Shown here piece by piece: positions 1 to 10,719 of a stretch of 64,000 bases of DNA. The translations under genes and the position numbers were made by a program. The stretch comes from an uncultured virus (IMG/VR IMGVR_UViG_2734482785_000008). Lineage: Duplodnaviria; Heunggongvirae; Uroviricota; Caudoviricetes. The first letter of the stretch is position 1. Each line of letters opens with the position of its first letter. The notes under the pieces were generated by a model. That model did not search any database and was not told where the DNA came from. It saw only the letters and a program-made list of their open reading frames with translations. The DNA is taken from positions 1-64,000 of IMG/VR virus record IMGVR_UViG_2734482785_000008; one strand, 5' to 3'.

Positions 1-120
1 GTGTCGGCGTTCCCTGTCAGCGCCCCGGTGATCCCGCCGTTGAAAGTCTGGCGCGCACTCCATGTGTTAGCCGTGCTCAACAGGGGGATCTTTTCACCGC
101 TGGTACCGAGTTCTCTTAAA
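1..120 (-). other. Start of silent variable tail-fibre segment (Sv') inside the invertible C-segment
   Basis: Minus-strand frame reads LRELGTSGEKIPLLSTANTWSARQTFNGGITGALTGNADT (tail-fibre-like) starting at the cix site, with no start codon of its own. Confidence 0.7.
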
Positions 121-136
121 CCAAGGTTTAGGATTG
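111..136. other. cix inversion crossover site
   Basis: TTCTCTTAAACCAAGGTTTAGGATTG, hix/gix/cix-type 26-mer overlapping the cin stop codon. Confidence 0.9.
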
Positions 137-688
137 AAATGATGACGCCGGAAACTTCTTATAAAGAGTGGAAACAGCCACATCATAGATGATTGCAACC
201 TGCTTACGGGGGATGCCCTTCTCCAGCAATCGCCGCATTTGCTGCCATGTTTCTTCCTGGTATTTAGGCCGACGCCCACCTATTCGACCTTCTGCGCGAG
301 CTGCATCAAGTCCAGCTCGTGTACGTTCAACAATAAGTTCACGTTCCATTTCTGCCAGCGCCCCCATTACGTGAAAGAAAAAGCGCCCCATTGGTGTACT
401 GGTGTCGATGGAGTCAGTGAGACTCCGGAAGTTAATGCCTCTGTCACGCAGCTCTTCCACCAGCACAACTAAGTGACGCATGCTGCGCCCAAGACGGTCT
501 AACTTCCATACGACCAGGGTATCACCTCTGGAAAGCATACGGAGTACCTTTTTTAACCCAGGGCGCTCAGCCTTTTTGCCGCTCGCCTTGTCCTCAAAAA
601 TTAGCTCACATCCTGCGCTTTCAAGAGCGTTTCGTTGTAAAGCAGTGTTTTGTTCATTTGTTGATACGCGTACATAGCCAATTAGCAT
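128..688 (-). CDS. cin: Serine DNA invertase Cin
   Basis: YVRVS catalytic motif, Hin/Gin/Pin family sequence, adjacent cix site. Confidence 0.97.
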   Translation of the reverse strand: MLIGYVRVSTNEQNTALQRNALESAGCELIFEDKASGKKAERPGLKKVLRMLSRGDTLVVWKLDRLGRSMRHLVVLVEELRDRGINFRSLTDSIDTSTPMGRFFFHVMGALAEMERELIVERTRAGLDAARAEGRIGGRRPKYQEETWQQMRRLLEKGIPRKQVAIIYDVAVSTLYKKFPASSFQS

Positions 689-815
689 ATTTTCTGCTCA
701 CCATAGTTATTCATAGCAAGCTGCGGATTTTAATTAACAGAAACCAGTGTGTGTGGAAATCACAAAGTGCATACCGTGCCCCAATGATGTTTTATTGAAA
801 AGCGGGGTTACTTTA

Positions 816-1097
816 ATGTTTGATTTAACCATATTTTTTATAACCATCCTTGGCGGGGTGCATTCGTTTCTGAATGGGGTTCGTGAAAAACGTTACGAAG
901 CGTCATGCAGGCAATTGATGGCCGAGTGTATTGCTGCCGTACTTGCAGGCTTTATTGGCATGTATTTCGCGGAATATAAGGGCATGGATGAAAGTCTTCA
1001 GAATTGCGTGACTATTATTTGCAGCATCAATAACAGGCTCATTCTTGAAAAGTTACAAAGGATTATCGATTCGTACCTCAATAGAAATGCCTCTTAA
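816..1097 (+). CDS. lydC: Putative holin-like membrane protein LydC (start may be GTG at 747)
   Basis: Hydrophobic segments resembling LydA; position between cin and lydA. Confidence 0.7.
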   Translation: MFDLTIFFITILGGVHSFLNGVREKRYEASCRQLMAECIAAVLAGFIGMYFAEYKGMDESLQNCVTIICSINNRLILEKLQRIIDSYLNRNAS

Positions 1098-1117
1098 GCA
1101 ACAAATGACCGGTTGAG

Positions 1118-1126
1118 AAGTTACTT
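1118..1126 (+). promoter_or_regulatory. Lpa-dependent late promoter element of the dar operon
   Basis: AAGTTACTT late-promoter motif followed by TACCAT -10-like hexamer upstream of lydA. Confidence 0.75.
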
Positions 1127-1164
1127 TGCATACCATTACCTCCTGACAACGTAGGAGGGAACTT

Positions 1165-1494
1165 GTGCTTGACACACAGGAATTAGCTCCAGTTGCTATT
1201 GCGCTCCTGCTTTCAGTAATTGGTGGGATAGGCACGTTCCTGATGGATGTCCGAGACGGTCGCCAGTCTGGCAATTTGTTGGGATTGGTTACGGAGATCT
1301 TTGTTGCAGTGACAGCTGGCGCGGTGGCGTACCTATTGGGGCAACACGAGGGCTGGGAGTTATCAATTACGTACTTAATGGTAACGATAGCCAGCAATAA
1401 CGGTCATGAGGTGATTTCAGGGATGAAACGAGTGAATATCGATAGCATTCTGAATGTTCTTACAAGTTTGGTGAAAAAGGGAGGCGGGAAATGA
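1165..1494 (+). CDS. lydA: Holin LydA
   Basis: 109 aa with transmembrane segments and basic C-terminus; GGAGG RBS; synteny. Confidence 0.88.
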   Translation: MLDTQELAPVAIALLLSVIGGIGTFLMDVRDGRQSGNLLGLVTEIFVAVTAGAVAYLLGQHEGWELSITYLMVTIASNNGHEVISGMKRVNIDSILNVLTSLVKKGGGK

Positions 1495-1934
1495 TTGGCT
1501 GGGGTGTATGCGTTCTTGCGTTAGCCTTAGCCGATCGCTATTTGCTAAAACGCAAGGACATCACGCATTTAGAACTTGGTGATGTGGAAATTAAACCGGG
1601 TTTCATCCGGGTGCCGTTCAAGTACCGGTCTAAATTCCCGTTTTTGCGCGGCGCAACGGTCAGATATTGGATCCGCGATGTTCAGAAGCCGACGACAGTG
1701 ATTGAAGGTGAACAACGTTGTCTGACGTCGGCTGAACAGGGCGAAAACAGTGAATGGTTGTACATACCCACTGAATATATGGGTAAAGGAGAGCGACTGT
1801 GGCATTTCAACGTCATGGTTACGCATGGCGACTCGTTCATTAACCCGTTGTATCGGATTTTCCCTGTTACTCAGCAAATCCGCAGAAGTTACGTAATAAA
1901 TCTCGCACAGGATGTGTCAGATGACGAAAAATAA
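1491..1934 (+). CDS. lydB: Antiholin LydB
   Basis: Overlaps lydA stop, N-terminal TM segment; synteny. Confidence 0.85.
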   Translation: MIGWGVCVLALALADRYLLKRKDITHLELGDVEIKPGFIRVPFKYRSKFPFLRGATVRYWIRDVQKPTTVIEGEQRCLTSAEQGENSEWLYIPTEYMGKGERLWHFNVMVTHGDSFINPLYRIFPVTQQIRRSYVINLAQDVSDDEK

Positions 1935-2523
1935 GTATGCAACGGTCGATTTTGACCAGGTTAATGAAAAGGGGCTGAAATCCCTTATCGCGGCGATCAA
2001 TAAAACCGGTGTTACGGTAATTGAGGTTGACTCCAGCAACCGCGCAACAACGAAAGATGGCGTTAAAGTTAAAACCGCAAAGCTGGTTCTTAACGACGGA
2101 CAAATTCTTGCCATACAGGTAAACGATACTGGCGATATATCGTCTGTGAAGCTGAATGGAAAAGCTATTCCTAACGCTCAGTCGCCGGATATCAAGACGC
2201 TTGGTACCGTCATGGGACAGGCGGCCCGCAAAAACTCCGCAAAATTCCAGAAATCACTGATCGCCAAAGCGAAGCGTGTTGCCAATCCGGTAGACAAGAA
2301 ACCGGCAGTTAAATCCAACTTTCAGCGCCTGCAAGAAGCAAAACAGCGGAATGCTCAGGTGGTTGCCGCTTATAAGTCCGCGCAGAATTCGGTGTCTTTC
2401 AACCAACAGCAGATCACTGATTTGCGGGCGAAGCTGGATAAGGAGACGGGCCGACTCAATAACGAAAAGGCACGGAATGGCGAACTCAAACGTCGTCTTA
2501 AGCAACTGAAAGCAGGAAATTAA
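1912..2523 (+). CDS. hdf: Hdf (homologue of DarA fragment), antirestriction component
   Basis: Shares KNSAKFQ motif and coiled coil with DarA N-terminal half; synteny. Confidence 0.88.
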   Translation: MCQMTKNKYATVDFDQVNEKGLKSLIAAINKTGVTVIEVDSSNRATTKDGVKVKTAKLVLNDGQILAIQVNDTGDISSVKLNGKAIPNAQSPDIKTLGTVMGQAARKNSAKFQKSLIAKAKRVANPVDKKPAVKSNFQRLQEAKQRNAQVVAAYKSAQNSVSFNQQQITDLRAKLDKETGRLNNEKARNGELKRRLKQLKAGN

Positions 2524-2524
2524 C

Positions 2525-4444
2525 ATGGAACAGTTAAATATCAATAAAGGGGTGACGATCAAGCCTGGGCTTGACGTGCTTCCCCCGCCAGTGACTGATG
2601 ATGAATATCGCGCATTAATGGCCGGTGAGGACCGCTATCTGATGACGGAATCCAACACCCTGGAGGAAATCGAGGCTACGTTCTTCTATGACACGCCGAT
2701 CCACTGGTGTGCTACGGATTTACTGGAGGCGATTAGTTCTACTCGTTTGCAGTTACACCGGACCATGCAGGCATTTGTCCGGGCATTGAACCAGAAGCTG
2801 AATGGTACCGGAATCTCTGCGGGGAGTGATAAAACGGGGGAGGTGGCCCAGAGCGGTGCGCGCGCGATCGGCGGTGCTGAAATTGGCCGGGCACGTAACG
2901 TTAACGGGCTGCCGGTCCTGCCAGCCATTATTCCGCTCAGTGATGGTCAGACTATCAGCATTCTGTTTCATAGCCCGACAGCGGAAAACCGGATCACCAA
3001 TAGCGATACGCTGGTTGCTTTCCAGTTCTTACTGAATAAAAAAGACGTTACTCACACCGTTGCTCCGATGAGTGGACGTGATATGACGCTGGCGCAGGTC
3101 ACCATGAAACTTGCCAACCTTGCAGAGAAAAACTCGGCAAAATTCCAGCGTGCGCAGAAGAAGAAAAAAGCCCTGGTTGATGAAATAACCCAACTACAGG
3201 CTGACAGTGACCAGAAAGAGGATGCCATGAGCGACCTCGCGGATCAGGTGGCAGCGGTAGAAGGGCAGAAGGTAGATCTGGAGCAGAAAATTAACGCTGT
3301 TGCATCGGAAGCGGATTCTCTTTATGAAGAGAATGAGCGTTTGCAGACGGAGATTGATCAGCTCAATCGCACAGGTGGGCGCGATACCATTGATCCAGCG
3401 GGGATGACTGGTGGGCACTCGCGCGCGCTGACGGATCGCCTTGCCAGTATCAAAAATCGTATGCATATGAACGGGGAAGTGACGCTCAGTAATGGAGCAT
3501 CAATGAAGCAATTCATTGAGGACGGCGAAGGGTATATCCAGTTAACCGATTCGGATGGCAGCGTGTACATGATCAAGGCTAAATCCATACAGGGTGTGGA
3601 CATGGCAGATGCGATCGGCAAGCTGTTTAAAGCCTATAAAGCGGGTAATGTATCGGAATATCTGGTCCAACCAGAAGAACATAAACCGGAAAACGTCGAA
3701 CCTGAACCAGCGGAGGATACCGGTAGCTCTTCGCCTGAACCAGAAGTCTCTGTAGGTGCATATCGATATGCCTTGCAAATGCGTCCGGCGGCCCCTGGCG
3801 CAATACCTGAAGGCAACAAAGCAATTCTGCCGCGCCCTGATGAAGGTGACCCGTATTATGAATATGCACGCTACGGCATTGCTACTTACGATACCCCGCT
3901 TTCTGATCAGCAAATGAGTGAGTACGACCTGAAGTTATTGCCTCGCGAGGATTCTTTCGACTTCCTGGCGAAGACACTTACTAATGGTCCGTTTGGCAAA
4001 TATGCACAAAAAGCTCTGGATCTGGCCACCAGCTCACCAGACGAGTTCCGCGTAATGCTGAAAACTCAGTTTCAAAAAACTTTCCCCAATATTGCGTTTC
4101 CGGGTGGCGCTGGCACCGAGAAAATGGTGCAGAGCATGATCAATGCATTGCAGGCCGAAGTCGGTGAGATTACTCAGCCAGAACCGGCCCCGGCACAGCC
4201 TGATGAAACGGTTAGCGAAGCAGATGCAGAGGCTAATAAAGCCATTGAATATCTCAATAACGTGATGGATATGCAAAGCACTGACATGGCGGAGATCCGT
4301 AACGCCCGGGGCAATGTCCGGGAAGCGATTGCAGCCCTTCAGGCTGCCGGGCGTTTTGAGGAAAACGAAGAGCTGGTTAATGGCGCTGCTCGCCACCTGG
4401 CTGATCTGCTGGTAGCAATCCAGAAAGCGGGGGTAGCGGCATGA
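2525..4444 (+). CDS. darA: Defence-against-restriction protein DarA
   Basis: 639 aa, recognised P1 DarA-type sequence; synteny. Confidence 0.92.
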   Translation: MEQLNINKGVTIKPGLDVLPPPVTDDEYRALMAGEDRYLMTESNTLEEIEATFFYDTPIHWCATDLLEAISSTRLQLHRTMQAFVRALNQKLNGTGISAGSDKTGEVAQSGARAIGGAEIGRARNVNGLPVLPAIIPLSDGQTISILFHSPTAENRITNSDTLVAFQFLLNKKDVTHTVAPMSGRDMTLAQVTMKLANLAEKNSAKFQRAQKKKKALVDEITQLQADSDQKEDAMSDLADQVAAVEGQKVDLEQKINAVASEADSLYEENERLQTEIDQLNRTGGRDTIDPAGMTGGHSRALTDRLASIKNRMHMNGEVTLSNGASMKQFIEDGEGYIQLTDSDGSVYMIKAKSIQGVDMADAIGKLFKAYKAGNVSEYLVQPEEHKPENVEPEPAEDTGSSSPEPEVSVGAYRYALQMRPAAPGAIPEGNKAILPRPDEGDPYYEYARYGIATYDTPLSDQQMSEYDLKLLPREDSFDFLAKTLTNGPFGKYAQKALDLATSSPDEFRVMLKTQFQKTFPNIAFPGGAGTEKMVQSMINALQAEVGEITQPEPAPAQPDETVSEADAEANKAIEYLNNVMDMQSTDMAEIRNARGNVREAIAALQAAGRFEENEELVNGAARHLADLLVAIQKAGVAA

Positions 4445-4806
4445 CACTATCAGCTATTGAGTTAATGGATCTCAGCGATAAGTTGGATGCTCTGATGTCC
4501 AAAGCGGCTACCGCGAGTGGCATGGAGTTGCTGGATATCAGCGATGAAATTGACCAGATCATGCAACAGATGGGGTACGGCGCGTCCGGCGGCGGTAGTG
4601 GCGAGGAAAAACAACCTTCGGTACATGATGGTGTGCCAAAACTGGTTGCTGATTTCCTGGCTGATAAATTCGTCGATCAGAGCACCGATGCATTTATCGG
4701 TACGTTGCAGGACTTGAGTCAATATGTTGGCACATACATCGATCTGGACCAGGTTAAACAACACACGGCGGCATGGATAGCCGCTAACATTAAAGAGGCA
4801 GCATAA
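4441..4806 (+). CDS. ddrA: DdrA antirestriction accessory protein
   Basis: Translationally coupled to darA; synteny. Confidence 0.85.
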   Translation: MTLSAIELMDLSDKLDALMSKAATASGMELLDISDEIDQIMQQMGYGASGGGSGEEKQPSVHDGVPKLVADFLADKFVDQSTDAFIGTLQDLSQYVGTYIDLDQVKQHTAAWIAANIKEAA

Positions 4807-4818
4807 GGCGTAACAGGG

Positions 4819-7806
4819 ATGAGCTTAAGCGATCAGGTGGTGATGGCCACCAGCATAGAAACGCTGATCGAGCTGCTAAAAAACCTGCCCGATTACGGGC
4901 GGGTTTCGTATGTGGTGACAGCGAAGGGAGACGAGGTAAAAACAGCGTTTGATATCGTCGATGCCTCAGCTCTTTTGGTATCCAATACTCTGGACGGGAA
5001 AATTAATCCGGACTATCCCCAGGAACTTCAGCCGCGCGACCGGACCCGCGCATCCAGCCTTCTTCAGGTCAACCAGATATCCAAGGATTTGCGGCCTGCT
5101 CAGCTTACCGATTCCGGTTTATCCAGCCATGGCGCGCCGATAATTGGTGAGGACAATGCCGTTGAGTCAGGTAATGGACGGACCATGGGGATCATCAAAG
5201 CCTATCAGGACGGCAATGCGGATCGGTATCGTGAGTACCTGATTGAACATGCGACCGAATTCGGCATACGACCTGAAAAGGTTGAATCAATGACGGCTCC
5301 GGTACTGGTGCGCCGCCGGTTAACGAAGGTTGACCGTGTTCAGTTTGCCAAGGACTCAAATATTTCTGATCTCCAGGAAATGGCAGCCAGTGAAAAGGCT
5401 TTTGTTGATGCCGACAGCATAACTCCGGCGATGATGGCGCTGTTTAACCCATCAGAAAGCGGAGATCTGCTTAGCCGCAGTAATGACGCGTTTATTCGCG
5501 GATTCATGACGCAAGTTGGTGCCACACAGGCTGCTGGCCTTGTAACGGAAGATGGGCGACCAACACGACAACTTGTTGACCGTATACAAAACGCGATCTT
5601 TGCCAAGGCATATAAGGATGCGCGCCTGGTAAGAATGGTTGCAGAAGAACCTGATCCGGATATGCGTAATGTTCTGACGGCGCTTAATGCGGCAGCCAAT
5701 GATTTTGTCCAGATGCAGGCTTTATCAGGAGAAGCGCACAAGCAGGCTGTGACAACTATCGTTGATGGTATTGAAACAGCGGATAGCCTCGATAAAAAGG
5801 CGCTGGCGGCATTGAAAGATGCGGTAGACCTGGTAAGGCAATCGAAGGAGTCAGGCCAACATATTAACGATGTTATTGCTCAGGGGGATATGTTCAGCGA
5901 AACAGCCCCGGAAGTGAAAGCTCTCGCGTTGTTCATCGTCGCGAATAACCGTAGCGCGAAGCGTATGGCCACCGCCTTTAAATTGATGGCTCAACGTATC
6001 AATGATGAGTTACAGCACCAGGGCCAGGCGCTGGGGGATATGTTTGGCGGTGGTGATGTGTCGTTACAGGATATCCTTCGCCAGGTGTCTCAGGAACTGG
6101 AAAACGAAGGCATGCAAGGGATATCCGGCGGTCTTTTCGAGTCCGTTTCCGGCGGTAGTTACAACGGCGTTGCTCCATATACCAGTTTGCTATTGCATCG
6201 GGCATCCGGCACCAAAGACATTATTCATCTGATCAGGCTGCTTTCCCGTACAGATCCCCAGGATGAACAGCTTGTTCAAGTGCTTGCGCATTTTGTTCGA
6301 ATGCCTGTTGCCGACGTGAAAAAATGGTGCCGATTATTCGGTATCAGCAATTCGTTACTTCGCGGCTTGTTAAATCACGCATCCTCCCTTGGGCGCGATG
6401 GCTTTGACGAGATAGCGCAGGCGATAAAAAACGGAGATATGCCACCAGCTATTGACTGGTTTTCCATTCGCCCAACCAGGGTGAAAGCATTCCTTAGCGC
6501 GGCGCATACGGCATCACCATTGGCAGAAATGGTTCAGAGGTTGTCGCTCATATTCACAGACCATACCGCGTTGGGTGATCTGACTCTGGACGAGATGAAA
6601 GAAGCCTCCATTCAGTGGGCCGATCAACAAAATGAGGTTAACTCTGACTTCTTGCCAGCATTCAGGAAGGCCGTTAGTAAAGCTGATGATGCCCGTGGAA
6701 TTCTGAAGGCATTTAAGGCATTGCAAAGTCAGGTTAATAAACATGTCGGTGATATCGATGGGGTAACGGCGGAAGGCAGGGATATCCTTAAAGAGCACGG
6801 CATAACGCCAGAGTTTATTGATGAGATCAGGACTGATATGCAGCGTGAGGTCGTATCGTCACTGCAAATCGTAGCCAGAGCGTTGGCGGATGCTAATCCG
6901 AAGAGTGCGGCCATTGTTAACCGTGTTATTGGTGATATTGAAGCATCGGAGGGCATGGGGGCGCTGAAACTCTTCCTTTCGCGAGCGTTTAATCCTAACG
7001 GCAATATTCTCCCCGGCATTATTGGTGAGGCTAAAAAGTATGTCAGCGAAGAAGAACTTGAGCAGCTTGACCAACTACTTAAGCGATTCTCATATAACCC
7101 GCAGACACGCTGGCAAATGAATCAGCGAAGAATGGGTTCGGTCCACGAGAAAGTGTTATCTGCCATGAACAGTGCGATCGCAAACTCATCCGTATCTGAA
7201 GAAAAAGCTCTTGAGTGGGCCGACTCTTTTATCACGGAAGAAGTGGAAGAAGCCCGCGCTGGACAGAATGGTGGGATAGACCTGCGCAAGGAACTTGCTG
7301 ATATTTATCGCCTGACCGGCGGTAAAATTTCGACCTTATCAAAGGTGGTTCACCACCAGGGAAGGGCATATGCAAATCTTAATGGTGTTGTTGCTGTCAA
7401 TTTGAACGATGAAAATGCAAGTGCACTGTGGCACGAGCTGGGTCATCATCTTGAGTACAGTAACCCTGGTTTGTTAGAGAAAGCCCGGTCATTCCTGAAG
7501 GCCAATGTTGAAGGGGATAAGCCATCTTTCGTTAATATCGGTGGGCGTGGCAAGCCTGAATGGTGCTTCAGATCTCGATTGAGTAATATTTATATGGCGA
7601 AGGTATACCCGCCAGCCTCAGTAAGTAACACCGGGAAAATTCGGCAGAAATCACCGACTATTTCCAAAACGTCAGCAACGGAAGTATTCTCTATGGCTCT
7701 TCAGTTGTATCATGACAAAGAGGCCGCTGCCGCATCACTGATGAATGGTGACGGATTGCTGGAACTGTTATTAGGTGTGGCAAAGGAGCTAAATAATGCA
7801 GATTAA
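4819..7806 (+). CDS. ddrB: DdrB virion internal protein
   Basis: 995 aa; N-terminal ParB-like region (ESGNGRT), C-terminal HELGH motif; synteny. Confidence 0.88.
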   Translation: MSLSDQVVMATSIETLIELLKNLPDYGRVSYVVTAKGDEVKTAFDIVDASALLVSNTLDGKINPDYPQELQPRDRTRASSLLQVNQISKDLRPAQLTDSGLSSHGAPIIGEDNAVESGNGRTMGIIKAYQDGNADRYREYLIEHATEFGIRPEKVESMTAPVLVRRRLTKVDRVQFAKDSNISDLQEMAASEKAFVDADSITPAMMALFNPSESGDLLSRSNDAFIRGFMTQVGATQAAGLVTEDGRPTRQLVDRIQNAIFAKAYKDARLVRMVAEEPDPDMRNVLTALNAAANDFVQMQALSGEAHKQAVTTIVDGIETADSLDKKALAALKDAVDLVRQSKESGQHINDVIAQGDMFSETAPEVKALALFIVANNRSAKRMATAFKLMAQRINDELQHQGQALGDMFGGGDVSLQDILRQVSQELENEGMQGISGGLFESVSGGSYNGVAPYTSLLLHRASGTKDIIHLIRLLSRTDPQDEQLVQVLAHFVRMPVADVKKWCRLFGISNSLLRGLLNHASSLGRDGFDEIAQAIKNGDMPPAIDWFSIRPTRVKAFLSAAHTASPLAEMVQRLSLIFTDHTALGDLTLDEMKEASIQWADQQNEVNSDFLPAFRKAVSKADDARGILKAFKALQSQVNKHVGDIDGVTAEGRDILKEHGITPEFIDEIRTDMQREVVSSLQIVARALADANPKSAAIVNRVIGDIEASEGMGALKLFLSRAFNPNGNILPGIIGEAKKYVSEEELEQLDQLLKRFSYNPQTRWQMNQRRMGSVHEKVLSAMNSAIANSSVSEEKALEWADSFITEEVEEARAGQNGGIDLRKELADIYRLTGGKISTLSKVVHHQGRAYANLNGVVAVNLNDENASALWHELGHHLEYSNPGLLEKARSFLKANVEGDKPSFVNIGGRGKPEWCFRSRLSNIYMAKVYPPASVSNTGKIRQKSPTISKTSATEVFSMALQLYHDKEAAAASLMNGDGLLELLLGVAKELNNAD

Positions 7807-8107
7807 AATCGCAGCGCCATTAGGCGGAGATGCCATTATCGAATTTGATGATAATGAAGAAGTTTCCGGGCGTTTAAGCATTATCTCCGGTGACATTACC
7901 GAGGACATGATCGCTGAAGCCATAGCTGGGGCAAATCCCAATAGCTATATGGGATTCGTTAACACCCTTGATGCTCCCGCAAGTGATGTTCTCCGAACGC
8001 TGCATCTTTACGCTGGCTGGTTTGTTGATTGGCCAGCAGTAGATGGTGGCGATGATGACGACGACGATGATGATTTTGGTGATCATGTAGACCAGATCGT
8101 ATATTAA
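7796..8107 (+). CDS. hxr: Hxr
   Basis: Last gene of dar operon, acidic tail; synteny. Confidence 0.8.
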   Translation: MQIKIAAPLGGDAIIEFDDNEEVSGRLSIISGDITEDMIAEAIAGANPNSYMGFVNTLDAPASDVLRTLHLYAGWFVDWPAVDGGDDDDDDDDFGDHVDQIVY

Positions 8108-8173
8108 CTCCCTGATTGTGCAAAAATAATCTGTTCTGATATGTTAATTGTGTACTTAAAGTAAACGCGTAGT

Positions 8174-8201
8174 GGCTTGCTTTAGGTTATGGAAGCAAGC
8201 C
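8174..8201. terminator. Hairpin downstream of dar operon
   Basis: GGCTTGCTT...AAGCAAGCC inverted repeat. Confidence 0.5.
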
Positions 8202-8720
8202 GTTACCTAATATGTTAGATCAAAAAAAATTAATTTTTGCGTTTCGCTCACCACATATTGAACACTTTAGTCGATCTTTTAATTCTTCCAGAGTCAATCC
8301 TGAAGCTACATATTGTTTAATATCTCTTCTTTATTGCATATTCAGAGGGTAAAGATATACACATACTAAAATGAATTAGCTTAGCTCGTTATTAATCAGG
8401 ATTCGATGAGACCGCTCCATTTTAGGGAATAACATTTATAACTAAAACACATCGTCTTTAACTCTCACAATATAGATTCAATTTAATACCCAATCGGCAG
8501 TAATTAATTTGATTCTAATTTTTAAGTAGATTTCAAGTCTACATCCATTAAAGCCCTGTTAATTAACAGGCTATCTATTTTTGACAGTTATTATTTTTGT
8601 GATAATTTAATTGTTTGTCTTTTGTGCTTATTTTTGATTGTTTTTTGATCTATTTTGTCAATTTTTATTCTGTGAATTGAGTTTTTTCTAATAGTCCATT
8701 GGGTTTTCAAGGCTATTATT

Positions 8721-8736
8721 TGTGATTTTGATCACA
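8721..8736. promoter_or_regulatory. CRP-cAMP binding site upstream of porin
   Basis: Exact TGTGA-N6-TCACA, about 110 bp upstream of the ATG. Confidence 0.75.
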
Positions 8737-8848
8737 AAAATACCTTGATTTTTATTTGCAAAACTTGAAACACGAATCCAAAAAAGATAAACATTTGTCC
8801 GCAGTGACTTCTTTTCTACTGAAAAGTTCAATCTAAAGGGCAAAAAAA

Positions 8849-9961
8849 ATGAAAAAAATCACAGTGGCACTCTCTGCGGTTGCAGCATCTGTCCTGATGG
8901 CAATGTCTGCGCAAGCAGCTGAAATCTACAACAAAGACGGTAATAAACTGGATCTGTACGGCAAAGTTAACGCAGAACATTACTTCTCTTCTTCAGCTAG
9001 TGATGACGGAGATAAGACTTATGCTCGTCTGGGATTCAAAGGTGAAACTCAGATTAATGACCAGTTAACCGGTTTTGGTCAGTGGGAGTACGAATTTAAA
9101 GGTAACCGTACTGAATCTGAGGGCTCTGATAAAGATAAAACTCGTCTTGCATTTGCTGGCCTCCGTTTTGCTGATTATGGTTCAATCGACTATGGTCGCA
9201 ACTATGGTGTAGCTTATGATATTGGCGCTTGGACTGACGTGCTGCCTGAGTTTGGTGGAGATACCTGGACTCAGACCGATGTATTTATGACCCAGCGTGC
9301 TACTGGCGTAGCCACCTACCGTAACAATGATTTCTTCGGCCTGGTTGATGGTCTGAACTTTGCTTTGCAGTATCAAGGTAAAAATGATAGTGCTGCAAAA
9401 GTGAACAACTGGAAAGGCCGTGACGTAGTTGAATCTAATGGTGATGGCTTTGGTCTGTCTGCTACTTACGATTATGAAGGATTTGGCGTTGGTGCAACCT
9501 ATGCAAAATCTGATCGTACTGATGGGCAGGTATCCTATGCTAAAAAGGATCCTCTGAATGCTTCTGGTAAAACTGCTGAAGTATGGGCTACTGGCCTGAA
9601 ATATGACGCAAATAACATTTACCTGGCTGCAACTTATTCTGAAACTCAGAATATGACTGTCTTCGGTGATGACTTTATCGCGAACAAGGCGAAAAACTTT
9701 GAAGCTGTTGCTCAATACCAGTTTGATTTCGGCCTGCGTCCGTCCATCGCTTATCTGCACTCTCGCGGTGAAAATATTGGTGCGTTCGGCAGCCAGGATC
9801 TGGTTGAATACATCGACTTGGGTGCGACTTATTACTTCAACAAAAATATGTCCGCTTTCGTTGACTACAAGATCAACCTGATTGATGAAAGTGAATTTAC
9901 CAAAAGATCTGAGGTTGCAACCGACAACATCGTTGCTGTTGGTATGACCTACCAATTCTAA
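8849..9961 (+). CDS. Outer-membrane porin, OmpC/NmpC(Lc)/OmpD family
   Basis: Signal peptide ending [20 protein letters not shown]-terminus, PEFGGD loop 3, C-terminal YQF. Confidence 0.95.
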   Translation: MKKITVALSAVAASVLMAMSAQAAEIYNKDGNKLDLYGKVNAEHYFSSSASDDGDKTYARLGFKGETQINDQLTGFGQWEYEFKGNRTESEGSDKDKTRLAFAGLRFADYGSIDYGRNYGVAYDIGAWTDVLPEFGGDTWTQTDVFMTQRATGVATYRNNDFFGLVDGLNFALQYQGKNDSAAKVNNWKGRDVVESNGDGFGLSATYDYEGFGVGATYAKSDRTDGQVSYAKKDPLNASGKTAEVWATGLKYDANNIYLAATYSETQNMTVFGDDFIANKAKNFEAVAQYQFDFGLRPSIAYLHSRGENIGAFGSQDLVEYIDLGATYYFNKNMSAFVDYKINLIDESEFTKRSEVATDNIVAVGMTYQF

Positions 9962-10194
9962 TTTTGGTAGGTAAGAATATGCGGGAAGGGAGTGATGTCA
10001 CTGCCCGCATATAGGTGGCACCCTCATGCCACCTTTGAAGAGGCAATAAAATTGCCTCTTCTCAATTTAACTTCATGTTATTTATTACCTTTTTATTAAT
10101 TTGAAACTCTATTGTTGGGGCGCTTTGTTGCGCCCATTTTTTTACACCAATTAGGTAAAGTTATTTTTAAGTAATCGAGCAACTTTCAGCCCTC

Positions 10195-10683
10195 TCAAAA
10201 TGGAATATCGTCTTCAAAGTCCATTGGAGGTTCGCTATTGGCGTTGCTCTGAGGTTTACTGCCACCGCTGTATTGCTGGTGGTTTTGAGGTTGGTTTGAC
10301 TGCCCCCAGCCATTTGAGAATTGTGAATCGTCGCGGCGAGCGCCGATCATTTGCATGGTGCCGCCCTGGCTGACGATAATTTCCGTCGTGTAACGTTCTA
10401 CACCGGCGTCATCTGTCCACTTACGGGTTTTAAGTTTCCCTTCGATGTAGACCTGAGAACCTTTTCGTAAATACTCACTCGCAATTTCAGCAAGTTTTCC
10501 GAACAAAACGACTTTATGCCATTCTGTTTGCTCTTTCTGTTGGCCCGTTTGCTTGTCGCGCCATGATTCATTCGTTGCGATGCTGAGTCTTCCGACCGCT
10601 CCGCCATTTGGTATATACCTGATCTCCGGGTCTTGCCCCAGGGTACCAATCAGGATGACTTTGTTTACACCGCGTTGTGCCAC
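10195..10683 (-). CDS. ssb: Single-stranded DNA-binding protein
   Basis: [12 protein letters not shown]-fold start, DFEDDIPF acidic tip. Confidence 0.97.
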   Translation of the reverse strand: MAQRGVNKVILIGTLGQDPEIRYIPNGGAVGRLSIATNESWRDKQTGQQKEQTEWHKVVLFGKLAEIASEYLRKGSQVYIEGKLKTRKWTDDAGVERYTTEIIVSQGGTMQMIGARRDDSQFSNGWGQSNQPQNHQQYSGGSKPQSNANSEPPMDFEDDIPF

Positions 10684-10702
10684 TTATATTACCTAATAAA
10701 AT

Positions 10703-10719
10703 AAATTAATTAGAGCAAT
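10703..10719 (-). promoter_or_regulatory. C1 repressor operator upstream of ssb
   Basis: ATTGCTCTAATTAATTT versus consensus ATTGCTCTAATAAATTT. Confidence 0.85.

Noticed and set aside
8051..8074. GAT/GAC microsatellite in hxr as a phase-variation tract
   Set aside because: In-frame mixed-codon poly-Asp; length change would not shift the frame
8555..8570. LexA box upstream of the porin
   Set aside because: Spacing is CTG-N8-CAG rather than N10
9182..9955. 257-aa antisense ORF inside the porin
   Set aside because: Shadow frame of a codon-biased gene; the same applies to the many antisense ORFs in darB, prt and ban
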